DNA of 64,000 bases from Nageia nagi (GCA_050084985.1 JBITNC010000001.1:119288001-119352000); one strand, 5' to 3'; shown: positions 1 through 14,513, counted from the first letter of the stretch. Notes: generated by a model from the letters alone, not told the origin. Translations and numbers: made by a program.

Positions 1-15
1 ATATAAATTTTATAG

Positions 16-527
16 GACATGTGTATGTCATTGTTACACTTGAAGGGAATGAAGAGGTAATAGGGTATTGGTTAGCTCAATGTGTTAAGAAAAAATATAA
101 GTTAACTTAACCTCCACATGATGATGATGGATTTGTTTATCCAATAAGTTTGTATAACATATATATTTGTGTTTAATTTAAGTGAGCTTACTATCTACTC
201 TCTAGATATTTCTTTAGACTATTTGTCATCTTTTCCAAATTTTGATAACGATCATGGTTATATCCAACGGGTTCTATGGTGGTTGTTGGCACATGGATAT
301 GAAAATATCTTACTAGGTAATTAACTTGTTTTCTTGCATTTGAAGATTATGAACTAGATAATAAGATTATAGATTACTTGCATTTGATATTGGCAACAAA
401 TATCAAACTATCCATATATAGAGGGAATCCTTACAATAGAATGTTTTGGACCTTTTCATTGAATGACCATGAGATGATTATAGATGCATTGTAAAAACAA
501 TAGGATGCATATGGTACAATGGATTGA
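16..527 (+). pseudogene. C-terminal exons of Sola2-like transposase (S1), decayed
   Basis: After an acceptor tttatag (15), reads HVYVIVTLEGNEEVIGYWLAQCVKKKYKLT*PPHDDDGFVYPI / SMVVVGTWI..., homologous to S2 39740-40120. Internal stops; intron-like insert at 148-270. Confidence 0.7.
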
Positions 528-1062
528 AATACTATAAAGGTAAGCTCATTTAATAAGAATTATTTAAATTTTCTAAATTAAATACAAATTTATGTTATAT
601 ATATTTTATCTCACATTCCCTTACACATTTTGTTGATAGTTGTAAAGGAGAGGACTCACACAAGTACATAACTATTTTAAGAATCATTGAATTGTGTCTC
701 TTGACACCACCTATATTTATAATTTTGGAAATTTGTGCCTAGAAGATCTCATGAATGATAATATATATATATATATATATATATATTGTACACATGATTT
801 AAATATTTCATTTAAAGTTTTATTATATTCATTTATATTTGAATCATGTGTATATATATGATGAATGAATTCTTGAGAATGGGACATAGTTATAATTGTT
901 TGTTATCTTGATCTTGGTAAAAGGTTCATTAACTTACCCCATTATCAACATCTAGCTATGTGCTTTATTTGCAAATATGACTAAATTGGAACTAATCTCT
1001 ATGGGATATAGCCAACTTACAAATATGAATCATACACTAATGATTTACAAATTAAACATGAA

Positions 1063-2230
1063 TCATACATTCCTTTAGAAACCATGAGAGAATTAATGTA
1101 CATGAATTATTTTCTAGATATATTTTATAATTTTTGACTAGCAAGTTAAGGTTATCATTGTTTGAATTCTTAATGATTTAGATTCTAAAAGTACACTTTA
1201 ACTATAAATGATCTAGTAAGGGTGATTATATTAGGATTTAAAATTATTCTTTAAGTTAAATCTTATGTAGACTAGAAGTATATTAATCCAATCTTAAATT
1301 GATTTACTTAAAATTCTAAAATTTATAATTTTCCATATGGTTCTTAAGTTGGTAGAAGATAGTAAAGGATTTAATGTTTAGATCACCTTATTAGTTGAAC
1401 ACCAAAGGTTATTATCTTTTTGTTGAGGACCTTCAATGCAACTTCAGTAGGACTAGATAATAAATTTTTCTAACTTATTTCTTTGCATTAACAATTATTG
1501 ACCTTATTGTTGATTATGGATATGCTTACAAATTCAAATTAATAAATGGTAAGTTATTTGTAATGTCTTGGTAGATACTTACAAGTTGATTTTTGAGATG
1601 GAGTATCCTCTAATTTTAGTTTTTATTTATGGATGAGTTTGTTGATAAATATTTTCTAAGTTGTGCACATTTATTTGTTATGTATGTCCTTAAATTACTA
1701 TATATGAAAATTATTGAATATTTGAATATTCATACATTCCTTTAAAAACCATGAGAGAATTAGATATATTTTATAATTTTTGACTAGAAAGTTAAGGTTA
1801 TCATTCTTTGAATTCTTAATTATTTAGATTCTAAAAGTACACTTTAACTATAAATGATATAGTAAGGGTGATTATATTAGGATTTAAAATTATTATTTAA
1901 GTTATCTTATGGAGACTAAGTAGATTAATCCAGTCTTAAATTGATTTACTTCAAGTTCTAAAAGTGATAATTTTCCTTATGGTTCTTGAGTTGGTAGAAG
2001 ATAGCAAAAGATTTGATGTTTAGATCAATTTAATAGAAGTTCACCAAATGTTATTAGCTTTTTATTTCAAGGACCTCCAATGTTGATAAGACATACTCTA
2101 ATTTTAGTTTTTATTTATGGATGAGTTTGTTGATAAATATTTCCTAAGTTGTACACATTTATAATTTGTTGCATGTTCTTTTACTATTATTTACCTTATT
2201 TCTTTGCAACAACTATTGACCTTATTGTTG
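1063..2230. repeat. Imperfect tandem duplication, period about 670 bp
   Basis: catacattccttta[g/a]aaaccatgagagaatta at 1063 and 1731, followed by several hundred colinear bases. Confidence 0.85.
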
Positions 2231-2729
2231 TATTTTATATTAAGGTTGTTTAAGTGTTTTTTTAATGAACAATTAAATTAATTACATCCAAATTCAAAGT
2301 ATATATACATTCACATATACATTAACTAGACTCACCATTAATTAAATGGATAAATATAAACAAAAACATAAATTTGAATCTCATCCATGTAAATTATTGA
2401 ACATCTATGAGCTAGTTCACTATGCATGCATCAATCCATCAACATAATATATATATATCAAGGTATATAAATGCATGTACATATATATCAATCCATCAAC
2501 ATCCATCAATGTAGATCAAAACATAAATCATACATGTATATGAGATCTAATCTAGAAACTAGGCATGTACACACATGCACTTGACAACATGTACTAGAGC
2601 ACATCAAAATAATAAGAATATATATACATGTATAGTCCATGAACTAGTCCAAATGTACACTCAAAAAACAAAAATGGAAATCTATATAAATCCATACACC
2701 TCTAGATATCTATCTATCTATTTGAACTA

Positions 2730-4447
2730 GTCCTAACTAGGTGAAGGGGCATAATCTAGACCCCTCTTCATTCCATGTGATGTATCATGAGGAACTATCT
2801 CATGCTATACAAAACATGTAAACTTAGAGTTAGAACTCAAATTAATCATACATTATAAATTAAAAATTATATGAAATGTACATGTACTACATTAGATATG
2901 TTTTAAATGCATTATAAATGAACATGGTATCATGCTTAGAGATTGAATGGTAAACCATTGTAGGATGACCTAATGAGTCATACATGATATCATGATAAAT
3001 TAAAGTGCCCACAATCACTATAGGTCACTATAATGAGTCATGTACCTCATGAGAAAAAATGGTGTCAACAGAGCTCTATAAGAGATCAAAAGAAAAAAGT
3101 TAAAAAGTTAAAACTTTAAATCATTACTTGAATTTATAACCATGTCTAGATATAACAAAAATATATTACAAATTATCAAGAATGTATGTTGATAAGTGGA
3201 AGGATCAACCACTATAGATTGCACATGTGAACCATGTGTCTTGCTAGTAATAGCGGTATCAACAAAAATATCCTAAACCATAAAAGTGTCACGGTCAACC
3301 TACAAGTACATATTTATAAGTTCATTCAAATTTTATTAAAATTTTATGATTTCATTAAATATGTATACATGTGAACTTGTTTAAATATTATAATATATAC
3401 ATACCATGGATCGGTCAAAAGTTATCTCCTATATATGTCTACCAATGGAATCAATATGTTAGTCACCTCAATCACCTTAAGATGCAGATCCATGCTTATA
3501 TACCTCATGCTCAATATCACCAAATAACATATGCATAAATCCTCCTAAATCTAATGGTGTGGATGATCCATCATATATCACATGGAAAGCACTACATCGA
3601 TGGAGTCTAGATATCTCAGGCAAGCTTCTAGTCCCTCCCACTCCACTAGGTCTTGATCCATCACCTCTAACCTTAACGAACTCAGCTACAACATTGGTAG
3701 TTTATTCAGTGAGGTTCCTTATAAGTTGACTCAATGATCTAAGGTTTGAAACTATGGCTATATGATGTACATGTGTATATACAATCACTCTACATGTATT
3801 AACAAGAGGTATAGCATGAGCAGGTCATCTAGGATCAAGTTGTGCCCCTAGCGTCTATTGTGAACTACCCATACCAACACCATGAAACTCATGAATATCA
3901 AAATAATTAGGCTTTTGATCAATAAAAAACTCTACCCATAAAAATTTGATGAAATAAAAGGGTACATCACTACCACCACTATGTGGTGGATGATCAAAGA
4001 CCATCCACCATTGGTCCCAAAAATGTGTAGTGATCCCCTCATGCTTACACTAAAAAATAAAAACTCACTTTTGGGTGGATGCCATTGGTTCTCCAATTCT
4101 AGGATTTCTAAAATATAAACCTAAATCCCCTTTTGTAATATGATAAGTCTCATCAATATCTCTCTAGGATAGGCCATCATTGTAAAACCTCCTCCTCTCC
4201 TCTCTATGTAATGGAAATCACCTATGGTCTTATCTCTGCAAGTAACAATATCAACTATAGTTTGCATTAAAGTTGCAAATTTTGTAAGGTGAGGGGTGAG
4301 TTCCCTATGCTATAGTATCTCATTAATATTACCCTAAATAGAGGTGATATTCTCAATTATAGTTGTTCATAAGTGAGCATCCTCAAGTAATGTGAGTTCT
4401 TGACTAGGCTCATGGGAAAGAGGTGGACTATTTTGTGATGGATCCAT
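2730..4447 (-). pseudogene. S1 ORF2: multi-exon gene of unknown family
   Basis: ATG at 4447: MDPSQNSPPLSHEPSQE...HFWDQWWMVFDHPPHSGGSDVPFYFIKFLWVEFFIDQKPNYFDIHEFHGVGMGSSQ. Homologous to S2 ORF2. Stops and frameshifts present; the downstream exon limits are approximate. Confidence 0.6.
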
Positions 4448-5029
4448 TATATATATATATATATATATATATAAAGGTCACTTGATGCATGAAAAATATA
4501 TTTTAGAATAATTAAATATAACTACATTAAATTTAAATATATCTATATATAAATCCTAACTTTATATACAACTCAAGTTCAATATATATCAAACTTAAAG
4601 GCTAATATAAATAATTTAAAAAACATAACATGCATTCATAAAACTTGATATACACTAAAATTTAATGTTCATTAAATCTCCATAACAAGACTCCTAAATT
4701 CAAATGTAGTATGGAAATCCTTATTTAGATATGTCATATATTTTAAGATACTTTGAAAGATAAAATCAACATCAAGAAATAAATTAATCACCTTAGTAAG
4801 TATGCAAAACTTATGATTTTTTCATGGTTAGAACTCAATGTATAAGAATATGTAAAACTCAAAGTCATGCTAGTTTGGCCTTACCTCAATGTATCATTAA
4901 AAATTACCCTTAAATGAATGACCTCCTTAAATAAGGATGCTTTGATTTTAGAAAATTTGAAATTTTATTACCATTGATTCATGTATCCACTAGTTCTATA
5001 AGAGGGAATGCTTTATATTTATAAGTCAA

Positions 5030-6243
5030 GAAATGTTGATTTTTGAAAAAATTATTTACCTAGATTCAAAGAGATATCAATCTATGTCTTTTGTTCAATT
5101 TGCATATGGGTTGATTTTGGAGTAGTTTAGTTTTTATCATATACTCATACTCATTTAATCCATACCCATCTAATTTGCAAGGTTACTAGTTATGGTATCT
5201 AGATGATTCTTTGACTTGGTGTGCCCACCTTCCTAGGTAGTTTATCCTTTGTATATATTCTTAAGGCTTTATTATTCATATATGTTTTCATGATTCCAAT
5301 ATCTCACATTTCATTAATTACTCTTCTTATTATTGATTAGAGCTCAAGGTTATTATGGCATACAATGATGTAAACCTAAGGAAGTCTTTTACAAAAAAGA
5401 GGTCTCTCTTATTATGGAAACCTCTATTGATATAAATAATAAAAAAAAAAACTAATATATGATAGAATTTGTATTTTCATAGATCCAAATGTGTGTGATG
5501 AAAAATTATGTACGAAAATTTACAAAGCATTATAGAAAAAGTCACTAATTAAACATCTAATGCTTAAAGTCTTCTTTGGATAACACAAATGGACATGTAC
5601 ACTATTATTACACTATCTTTTTATAATTAACCAGTTCTAGTAAGTATGATTCAAGAGAAATTTGATCCCAAAAGATTTATTACATACAATAACAATTGAT
5701 ATTAGGTGGGAGAAATCAATCAATAAAGTAGAGAAAATGGACTATTAAATTTTACGCAAAAGGATCATCGAAAAATGTTGATCTTGGAAAAACTATTTAC
5801 CTAGAGTCAAGGAGGTATCAAGCTATATTTTTTGTTCAATTTGCATATGGTTTGATTTTGGAGTGGTTTAGTTTTTATCATATACTCATACTCATTAAAT
5901 CCATACCTATCTAATTTGTAAGGTTACTAGTTGTGGTATCTAGATGTTTCTTAAATGACTTGGTGTGCCCACCTTTCTAGGTAGTTTATCCTTTGTATAT
6001 ATATTCTTAAGGATTTATTGTTCATATACATTTTCATGAGTCCAAGATCTCACATTTCATTAATTACTATTCTTATTTTTTATTAGAGCTTGAGTTTCTT
6101 ATGGCATACAATGATGTAAACCTAAGGAAGTCTTTTACAAAGAAGAGGTATCTCCTATTATGGAAACCTCTATTGATGTAAACAATTAAAAAATAATATA
6201 TTCAATGTAATTTGTATTTTCATATATCCAAATGTGTGTGATG
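5030..6243. repeat. Imperfect direct duplication of about 470 bp (5030-5500 vs 5773-6243)
   Basis: Both copies run from aaatgttgat..tatttacctaga to ccaaatgtgtgtgatga. Confidence 0.85.
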
Positions 6244-6254
6244 ACATTAAACAA

Positions 6255-6560
6255 ATTAGGTGACACTTAAACTTCAAGAGGTGGCTCTTGAGTGGTGGAA
6301 TACCTTGAAAACAACTAAGAATATCCAAACCAAAGACTTGGAATGGGGTGAATTTGTGTTAGTTTTTAAGAAGAGATTCTTTATTAAATAGTTTTATGTT
6401 AAGAAGTTCGAGTAGATTATGAGTATTCAATAAGGAAGAGGACTATAAAAAATATTACCAAATTTTTATCAATCTATTGAAATATGTGCCAAAATTTAGA
6501 ACTAATGAGCATTTTAAGGATTATGAGGTGTTTTTCTAGGGATATAATCTTATTCCAATC
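6255..6560 (+). pseudogene. Ty3/gypsy gag (Retrotrans_gag-like) fragment
   Basis: TLKLQEVALEWWNTLKTTKNIQTKDLEWGEFVLVFKKRFF, a typical AxxWW...WxxF...F gag pattern. Confidence 0.7.
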
Positions 6561-9409
6561 ATGATTAAAGTTTACATTAGAATTTTGGAAGACTTTACAT
6601 TAAGTAATTAGAACCAAACTAAATATAACTACTTCATATCATCTCAAAACTAACAAAAAAATAAATACTTGGTTAACTAAATGAATTACAAGTTTAAAAA
6701 CAAAATTGCCATACACAAAATTCATAAAGTATCCTATAAAACTATTTTTTACTCAAAAAAATGATGAAACAAGAGATTCAAAAATATACCTTGAAGGGGG
6801 AATGATGGCAATCACAATAGGGGAAGCTAGAGGGTAGATGAACACTTTTGGGATCAGGATCGTGGGTATACAAGTTTGGGATCATCAAAATTTTAGAAGA
6901 GGTATGTAACAAGTGTGGTGAAATGGTTGGGGAGGAAGCTATGTGGGTTTATAAGTCTACCCTAGGATCTCATGTATCAGGATCTTGGTTAGGTTTGGGA
7001 TGTCAAGCCTAGCTGAGATCTCAATCTGTACATGAACTCCTAGGCTCACATTTTAAAAAACTAAGTCCCACTTAGTTCCTATAAATTGGGATTCAACTCT
7101 TGCACCCATCCACAAGTTTACATGACTTTGATATTTTGACCCCTTGTACATTCCACAAGGGAAAAATATGTGGTCTACACTTTTCTTATGCATTTTTAAT
7201 CTCTTTTTAAATGATACATTGTTAAGGGATTAAAATTATTTATTAAATACATAAAGGTTTATTTTGAAGCATATACAAATAGAAATTCTTTTATTAATCT
7301 AACATGGGTAGGAATTCTATCTAACTCTTTAATTCCTACATCATTATCAGTAATATCATCATGGCTTTCTAAACTTATATTTTTTAAATCATAATCATCT
7401 ATAGATGCATGAATCTTATTAGGATTTTATCTGATAATATCCATCCTTTTGCTAGAACTTGTAGATTCGATATCATTATCTTCATCAATATCCATTCTAT
7501 CATTAGGAGTAGGTTCTTACAAAGCTAAATCAATGCTAATCCTAAGACTTATTCCAATATCATTAAAATGAACCTTACTTTTAAAAACCTTAGGTTGTTC
7601 TTCATTAAGATCCATCTTTGAAATATAGGTAGAATGAACCCTAGTTTTATTATTTTATCTAGCTATTATTCTAAGCACCTTGGGTAAGAGAAGAGATAAT
7701 AACACAAATAGATTCATAACTCCTAAGAAGAGATTCTCTAGAAAATATTCTATTTATGTAGAAATGTTAGGTTCACCAAAATGTAAACCTCAAATTGTAT
7801 AAATTACAAATATAATAATAAATAAATTGATTTACAATATAAGAATTGTGAATATGAGCACTATATCAAATACAAAAATTATACATAAAGCACATACACC
7901 TGATATGAAGTGTATGTACAATCCTTAACAATAATTAGCAATGAATCTTTAGAGGATTGGGATCAGATCTATGGTGAGTTCACATGGATCTTCATATGCA
8001 TGAATCAACAACTCGACTTAGAACTCTCAATCTAGAAGATGCACTTCGATGGTGACCTAAGATAAGCACACCCTTAATTGTGTAAGATATATCAAATTAT
8101 GTCATGCATGAAAGATAGAAAGTTTTAGAGCTCATAGTATAATAATTTATCATAATAGGTGGCATCAAGATATATTATAGCTTGATGAAGGTTATGGATA
8201 ACCACCACCTATCTGAGATCTTGTCATATCAAAGAGTTTTGATATGTGGAAGTTAGTCTATTCAACTTGCATATATAACCTATAAAGATATAGAAAAAAG
8301 TGAAAGCTAACCTCTAGCAATAATATAAACTTTGTTATATTCAAGATACTTTAAAATATAAACCATGATAAATGATATAGCATTTAATATAACACATGGC
8401 CTTGCATTGTAATATCAATTTTATTTTGATATTTGTAATATTGCAATAAGTCATTTAAGAAGTCTAAATATGATTTATTAAATAAATAATATATCATTTT
8501 TAGGCATCTACAGTTATTATTGTATTCTTAAAAGGAATTTAATATTGCTTTGGTTTATGTATTATAGGTAGTTAATAGTCTATAAATGAACCACTTAAAA
8601 ATTGTGTACTTAAAAATTGTGTAGAGAAGATTAGACTTCACAGCCTATAAGTGAAGTGAACTCATCTAGGTTTGTATTGTTTGAGATTATTATTTCCCTT
8701 ATGCTACATTTTTTTTTTTGCTTCATATTTGAAATAAATGATATATTAGCCTAGCTTCATGATTCATTATTATCCTTAAGAATAATGATGGAATATTAAG
8801 AAGAATGATGGAGTAGTCTAGTTCATTAGCTTTTATAGTTGTAAAAGAATGGAATAAAAATAATATATACATTTTTAACATTTAACTAATGTAGCATTTC
8901 ACGGAAAAAGAGAATTGTCAATATTATATTTTGAATATTGAATTTAATTGATAAGGTATGATCCATGGTTAAATAAATAAATTAGCATTATAATGTATTG
9001 AAATTCAAATAATAGAAAATACAGTATTTTAATTAATAAATACATTTTAAGTATCTAGTGATATAAATGAATTGCATATGAAAAAAAATAACAAATATTA
9101 AATTAAAAAAAAAAACAAAATATTGAAACATTATGAGATTTTTGGAACTTTCTCTTGAAAGTTGTGCAATTGTTTTGAGCTCTGATTACATTTATTTATG
9201 CTAGTTTGGGCATATCATTGTATTTTTTATTGGTTTGAGAAGAAGGGATTTTGGAGCAATGCATTTTCCTTGTGCATTTAGATTCACTGCATTGATTTAT
9301 AGGTTTTCTCCATCTCATTCATTTGCATATGTTATATAAATAAAATTACTTGTTCTCTTTGATGTGTTGTGGTTTTTGAATACATTATTACTAGATTGTA
9401 TGAATTAAT

Positions 9410-9640
9410 TATTAAAAAATATTAAATTTTTATTTTGTACTCTGGAATTTGTATGAAAAAATAGTTGTGTATTTCTATTTTGCACACTTTGGAAATTGTA
9501 TGAAAAACTAGTACTATGTTTCTATTTTTGTTCTCTTTGGAATTTGTATGAAAAAATAAAATGGTACTATATTTATATTTTTGCATTCTCTTGAAAGTCT
9601 AAGAAAAAATAAAAAAATTGTACTGCATTATTCCATTTGT
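9410..9640. repeat. Degenerate tandem repeat of about 50-60 bp
   Basis: ggaa[t/a]ttgtatgaaaaa...tactat..t[c/a]tattttt recurs 3-4 times. Confidence 0.7.
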
Positions 9641-9959
9641 AATTTTGAGACTTATAGCAAGAGAAAAGAAATATATGGACTTTAAAGGGATAAGATCCTT
9701 AAGTTGTATAAAAGAAACTTAAAATCAATCCCATTTAAGTTCTATTTCAAACATAGGAAAATTATAGAGATTTTTAGTTGGAAAATAAAACTAGAACATA
9801 GTTTAAATTGTAGCTTTAAAGTGTTCATGTTGTAGAGATTGAGAAAATAGAGAAAGCCCATCTTTTGGTTTTGAATTATAGGAAGCTATGAAATTTGGGG
9901 TTTTTATCTTATTTTTTACAACTTGGACAATGAAAAAAGAGATTAATAGTTGTATTATA

Positions 9960-9962
<3 letters not shown>

Positions 9963-10040
<78 letters not shown>
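9963..10040. repeat. (TA)n microsatellite
   Basis: Perfect TA run. Others lie at about 761-786, 4448-4472, 16093-16124 and 18815-18873. Confidence 0.95.
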
Positions 10041-10043
<3 letters not shown>

Positions 10044-10686
10044 TTAATTGTTCCATAAATTTTTATGCAAATATTGAGTTATGAAGTTATAAAATATGAA
10101 ATAATATAATAATTTTTATATTATATAAATTGATAATAATATAAAATATTATAAATCGAGTTATATAATAATATTAGTGTTTAAATAATATGTTGATTTT
10201 AAATGTTTTATTTATATTATTATTTACTATTATTTTTAAATTGAAACTTTATTATAAATTATTATTTAGAAATGATAATATTTTAATTTAATTAATATTG
10301 TTATTTATTATTATTTCTAAATTGAATTTATTTGTAATAAGTTGTTATTCAGAAATAATAAAATTTGAAAATCAACAATATTAACAAGGTTAAGAATTTG
10401 GAATTCTAAATGTGTTAATGTAGTTTATTAATTACATTAACAAAGTTGGAGTTAAACACATTTTGCGAATACTAGATTTTGGAAAATAAGTAATATTGGA
10501 AATGTTTTTATTTTTTAATTTTAATTTGATTCCTTAAGTTTAGCAATTAAAAATATTATAGTTTTAATTAAGAGTTATTATTAGACTCTTGAGTTTAATT
10601 CATTTATTGGTAATTAGGCATATGTTGAGGTGCATAAAATTACATTTTGATACTTAACAAATGAAAAGAATAATTATTATTCCAAT

Positions 10687-11140
10687 TGTTGACACCCAAA
10701 ACTGGACATCTTAACATGTTCCCATTTAGGTGCAACTTCACATACATTTTTAATCACATTTTATAATATTTTAGTCATATTTTACCATATTATCACATGT
10801 TTCTCAGGTTGTATTCTTATTTTTTATAATTAGGTACATCACTTAGGAATGGACACTCAACCTTCACACAAAGGGTCAAATAGTGATATCACATCTCATA
10901 TAAATGTAAGCATCTATAACCTTAGAAAAGCATGTTAAAATTACATCTTAATAGTTGGTACCCTACAGTTGGGTGTTACTAAATACTATCTATTGATATT
11001 GGAATCTTATTATCACTAGAGAAAATATCTATCATATTTTATATTTACAATCATATACTTGGTTTGACTTATTATCATATCTATTGTTATTGATCCTTGT
11101 TGGCTGACCTCATTCTATAAAAACCTTAGCATTTGCACTA
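10687..11140 (+). repeat. Putative 5' LTR of R1
   Basis: Starts tgttgacacc like the other LTRs here and is followed by a decayed PBS-like tttttggaac..cccatgctagg. No partner LTR in the window, so the end is approximate. Confidence 0.5.
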
Positions 11141-12198
11141 AATTTTTGGAACTTAGTGCCCATGCTAGGATTCTTTCTACTATTGGAGATGGGGTTCACA
11201 TAGCAAGGTTATCTCTATTCAATAAGTTTGCCTTACATATCTCCAAGCATGATACAGGTAAGGACATACAAGTATTTATCTTACATTTGATTTTATCTCT
11301 TTAGTGCATGCATTCATTTTAATTCTTGACATTAGTGTAATTCATAATTATGTTACTACACTACTATACTCTCGATTCCCATTTATTCATGTATATTTAT
11401 TTGAGTAAATTAGCTTAGATAATACATACTTAAATATTTATGTGTATTTAGTTCATTTAAAATAAAAATCTAAGCGTACTAAAATACATATCAACATAGT
11501 GGCACCCACCATTTATGAATTTTTTTTTCTCTTAATTAAGGTTAGAATAAAGATGCTTTTGAACCTACAACTCTACCACAATGTCAAATTTATTATGGGT
11601 TTTATTTACATATTATATTCTTAAGGTATTTTTTGTTACTAATAATAAAAATGCATAAATTTCTACTAACCCTATAGCTAAGAAAACTCCCAAAAAATGG
11701 AAACTTGGTAGACCAAAGGTGGTTCAATGATGAAGTTAGAGAATTCATATAAAACAACCATCTATAGATGTATAGGGATAAATAACCAAATATGCTAGTG
11801 AAAGTTCTTCAGATAAAGATACTTTTATAGAAAGCTCTGATAATTCAATAAAGATAGTAAATTAGAGGATTCATTCTTATAATATTGGATATTAGACCCA
11901 TAAATGAACAAATTCCTCCTATAATTGAAGAAGAGATCATTTCCTAATTAAGTGATGATGAAGTATTAAGCAAAGTCACAATTTCAAAGGAAAATAGACA
12001 TACATTCATCAAGTTTCTCAATGGGCTATCAGTTTAGGAAAAAGCTTATGCAATTGATACACTCAAAGATGAAGAAGTGGTAAAGCAATGAAAATTATGG
12101 TATTGTAACAAGGAAAAGAAGAATATACCTCCTAATGATATGACTTTCACACTAAGAAATATGAATTTAAGATTCTTCGTAAATAGCTCCATACCTAT

Positions 12199-12897
12199 TG
12201 TTAACACCTAAAAAGGAATTTTGATTTAATTAAAATACCTTTTTAGATATTTAAAATAGTTTATTTAATTTATTAAATAAATAGTTTTTCCCATATGCAC
12301 TTTCATCTACCTTTATATTTTATGGTAATAGGTCAACTCAACATCATAATAAGCCTAAGGAAGAGCCTTACCACTAGACCTATTACCTATAAAGTTGGAG
12401 CAATTATGTATGATCAAAGATATGATATGACATGATATAATTTTAAATCCTTAACATGTGGTAATATACTTATGTCAATCTTGACCAGTATTTCTAAATG
12501 GCATCTATTATCTCTAAATTTTGTTATACTTTGAGCTATGCATTCTTGTAATCTTTCTTCCCTTCACGATCAAGATTTGACATATCAAAAGTGGGATGAT
12601 GACATCAAGCTTAAAGGTGAGATATTCTAGAGAGGTTGTTAAACATTATTATTAGGTTGAGGATGGATTGGTGGCTCTGTATTTTGGAGAAGCTCATAAT
12701 TCATCCTCTTTTAATTAAATCTTGTATTTATTCATCATCATAGGTAAAGTGCAAGTTTTTATCTTCCATTAATCCAGTTGTGATAGTTCAAGTAGATCAT
12801 TGACATATTTTATGTCATCAATATCTTGTTATTTAGTTAATTGAAGAATTTAATTATTCTATAAATAACTATGATGATTATTATTTTAGTTATAACA
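12199..12897 (+). repeat. R2 5' LTR
   Basis: TG...CA (tgttaacacc...ttataaca), colinear with 50438-51156. Confidence 0.93.
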
Positions 12898-13049
12898 ATT
12901 AGTGAACCCAAATTTTTTTGATACATTGCTATTATCCTTCAATTGTTTCCCTAAAACCTTAGGGTTTTGATAGGACTATCTTTCATTTCAAGTATTTTAA
13001 AAATGGAACCTACTCATTTTCTTACCATGGTCAATAGATTTGACAAGAT

Positions 13050-14513
13050 CACCAAAGCTAATCTTAAAAAGATGTTATATGAGAATAAATAAAGGAGTAA
13101 AGCCTCTAACATTAAGAGCAATAATTGATCTTTGGAGGTGGTTCACTTATGATCAAGGATTCAAATCCATTGTGTGATGAGATTTCACAATGCAAGGGCA
13201 CCTGATATATAAGTAGAACCTATTTTTGATACATATAATGGTGAGGGAGATCCTATGGCTCATATCAAAGCTTTTGAAATAAAATTTAAGTTGAAATTTG
13301 ACATGAATAATAATTTAATGGTCAAATATTTCCCCACTACATTTAGTAGTAATGCACTCAATTGGTACTTCTCTTTTCCTACTAAATTGATTAATTGCTA
13401 TATAAAAATTATTTCAAAATTCTATATGCATTTCAAATATTATACTCCTATACAAATGATAATTTTATAGTTAATTAGTATCATCCAATATGCCAATGAG
13501 TGATTTGATAAAATTTTTCAAAGATTTTAGAAAATATGAAGCATGATTCTTGAACCTTTATCTTAATCTCATGTCACATCCATATTTGTCCACAATATCC
13601 ACCCTAAACCAAAGTTCATAGCCCTAAATTAAATGAATTTACCCTTTACCTAAATTGTGCATAGGCTTACTCAAAAGAGAAGTGCTTAGTTGATATGGGT
13701 GACTTGAAATATGAAAACCCTAGTAAAAAAACTAATGGAAGTAAAAATCAAAAAGGGAAAGATAAAGAGGTCTTTGCCAAAGAATAACCCTTATTCAAAG
13801 AGAGCTAAAAAAGCCAAGCAAAGTAGAATTTCAAGAAGAATAATAGGTTACCATTAGCTCCTTCTATCATGATGACAAACTTGGTTGGTACAATGAAGCA
13901 AATTTTTATGAATGTCATAAGGTAAAAGGTCATAGAACAAATGCATGTATGATCTTAAAATGCAATTATAGAAATTGGTAGATGATGGCAAGATACAATA
14001 TGAGGCCCATGCAGTAGATTTTGAGGATGCCAAACCACTCACAATAAATGTCATCTTAAACCAAGAACTATGTGGTATTGCTAGGAGAGGTAGACCTAGA
14101 GGGAGTATCAATATAGCTATAGTAGAATGAATGGAAATCCCTTGCAATCTTGGCATGCAACAATCCTTGAGCAAATAAAGGTGACTCATACCAAGGTAAG
14201 TATTTTTGAACTTTTGTAATGGTCATTTGAACATAGAGATGCTTTGTTTGATCCACTTAAGAAAATTAAAGCTGATGTAGATATTCTTATTGATTAATTT
14301 GTTGAATTAGTAGGTAATCTTAAAAATAATTTGGTTTGTAACATGCTCTCTTTTAAATATAGCAAATTACCTGATGATGTCATTGAGAAAAATTTGGGAT
14401 TGTATATCCATGTTAACATTAATGGTATTCTTGCTAAAAAACTTTGATTGATATTGATCCAAATGTTAATGTATGTTTAGTTGAATTATTGCAAACATAT
14501 TTTCCTTCCATAT
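13050..14513 (+). pseudogene. R2 gag and start of protease
   Basis: YNGEGDPMAHIKAF...KYFPTTFSSNALNWY gag motif, knuckle FYECHKVKGHRTNAC at about 13905, protease-like TLIDIDPNVNV at about 14440. Cut by R3. Confidence 0.8.

Larger units (their letters stand above)
1..4447 (+). mobile_element. S1: partial, diverged second copy of the Sola2-like DNA transposon family (ends not visible)
   Basis: 1-530 aligns by eye to the last transposase exon of S2 (39740-40120). 3500-4447 aligns to S2 ORF2 (43300-44283) in the same order and orientation, e.g. gaactcagctacaacattggtagtttattcagtgag vs gaacttagctaccacattggtagcttgtttagtgag. Confidence 0.75.

Noticed and set aside
6780-7780. Possible LTR end (ggtctaca at about 7177) and gag leader fragment on the minus strand
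   Set aside because: No partner LTR, TSD or recognisable domain.
8100-8290. Possible hAT transposase scrap on the minus strand (FDMTRSQIGGGYP*PSS)
   Set aside because: Too short and diverged, and no TIR or second motif was found.
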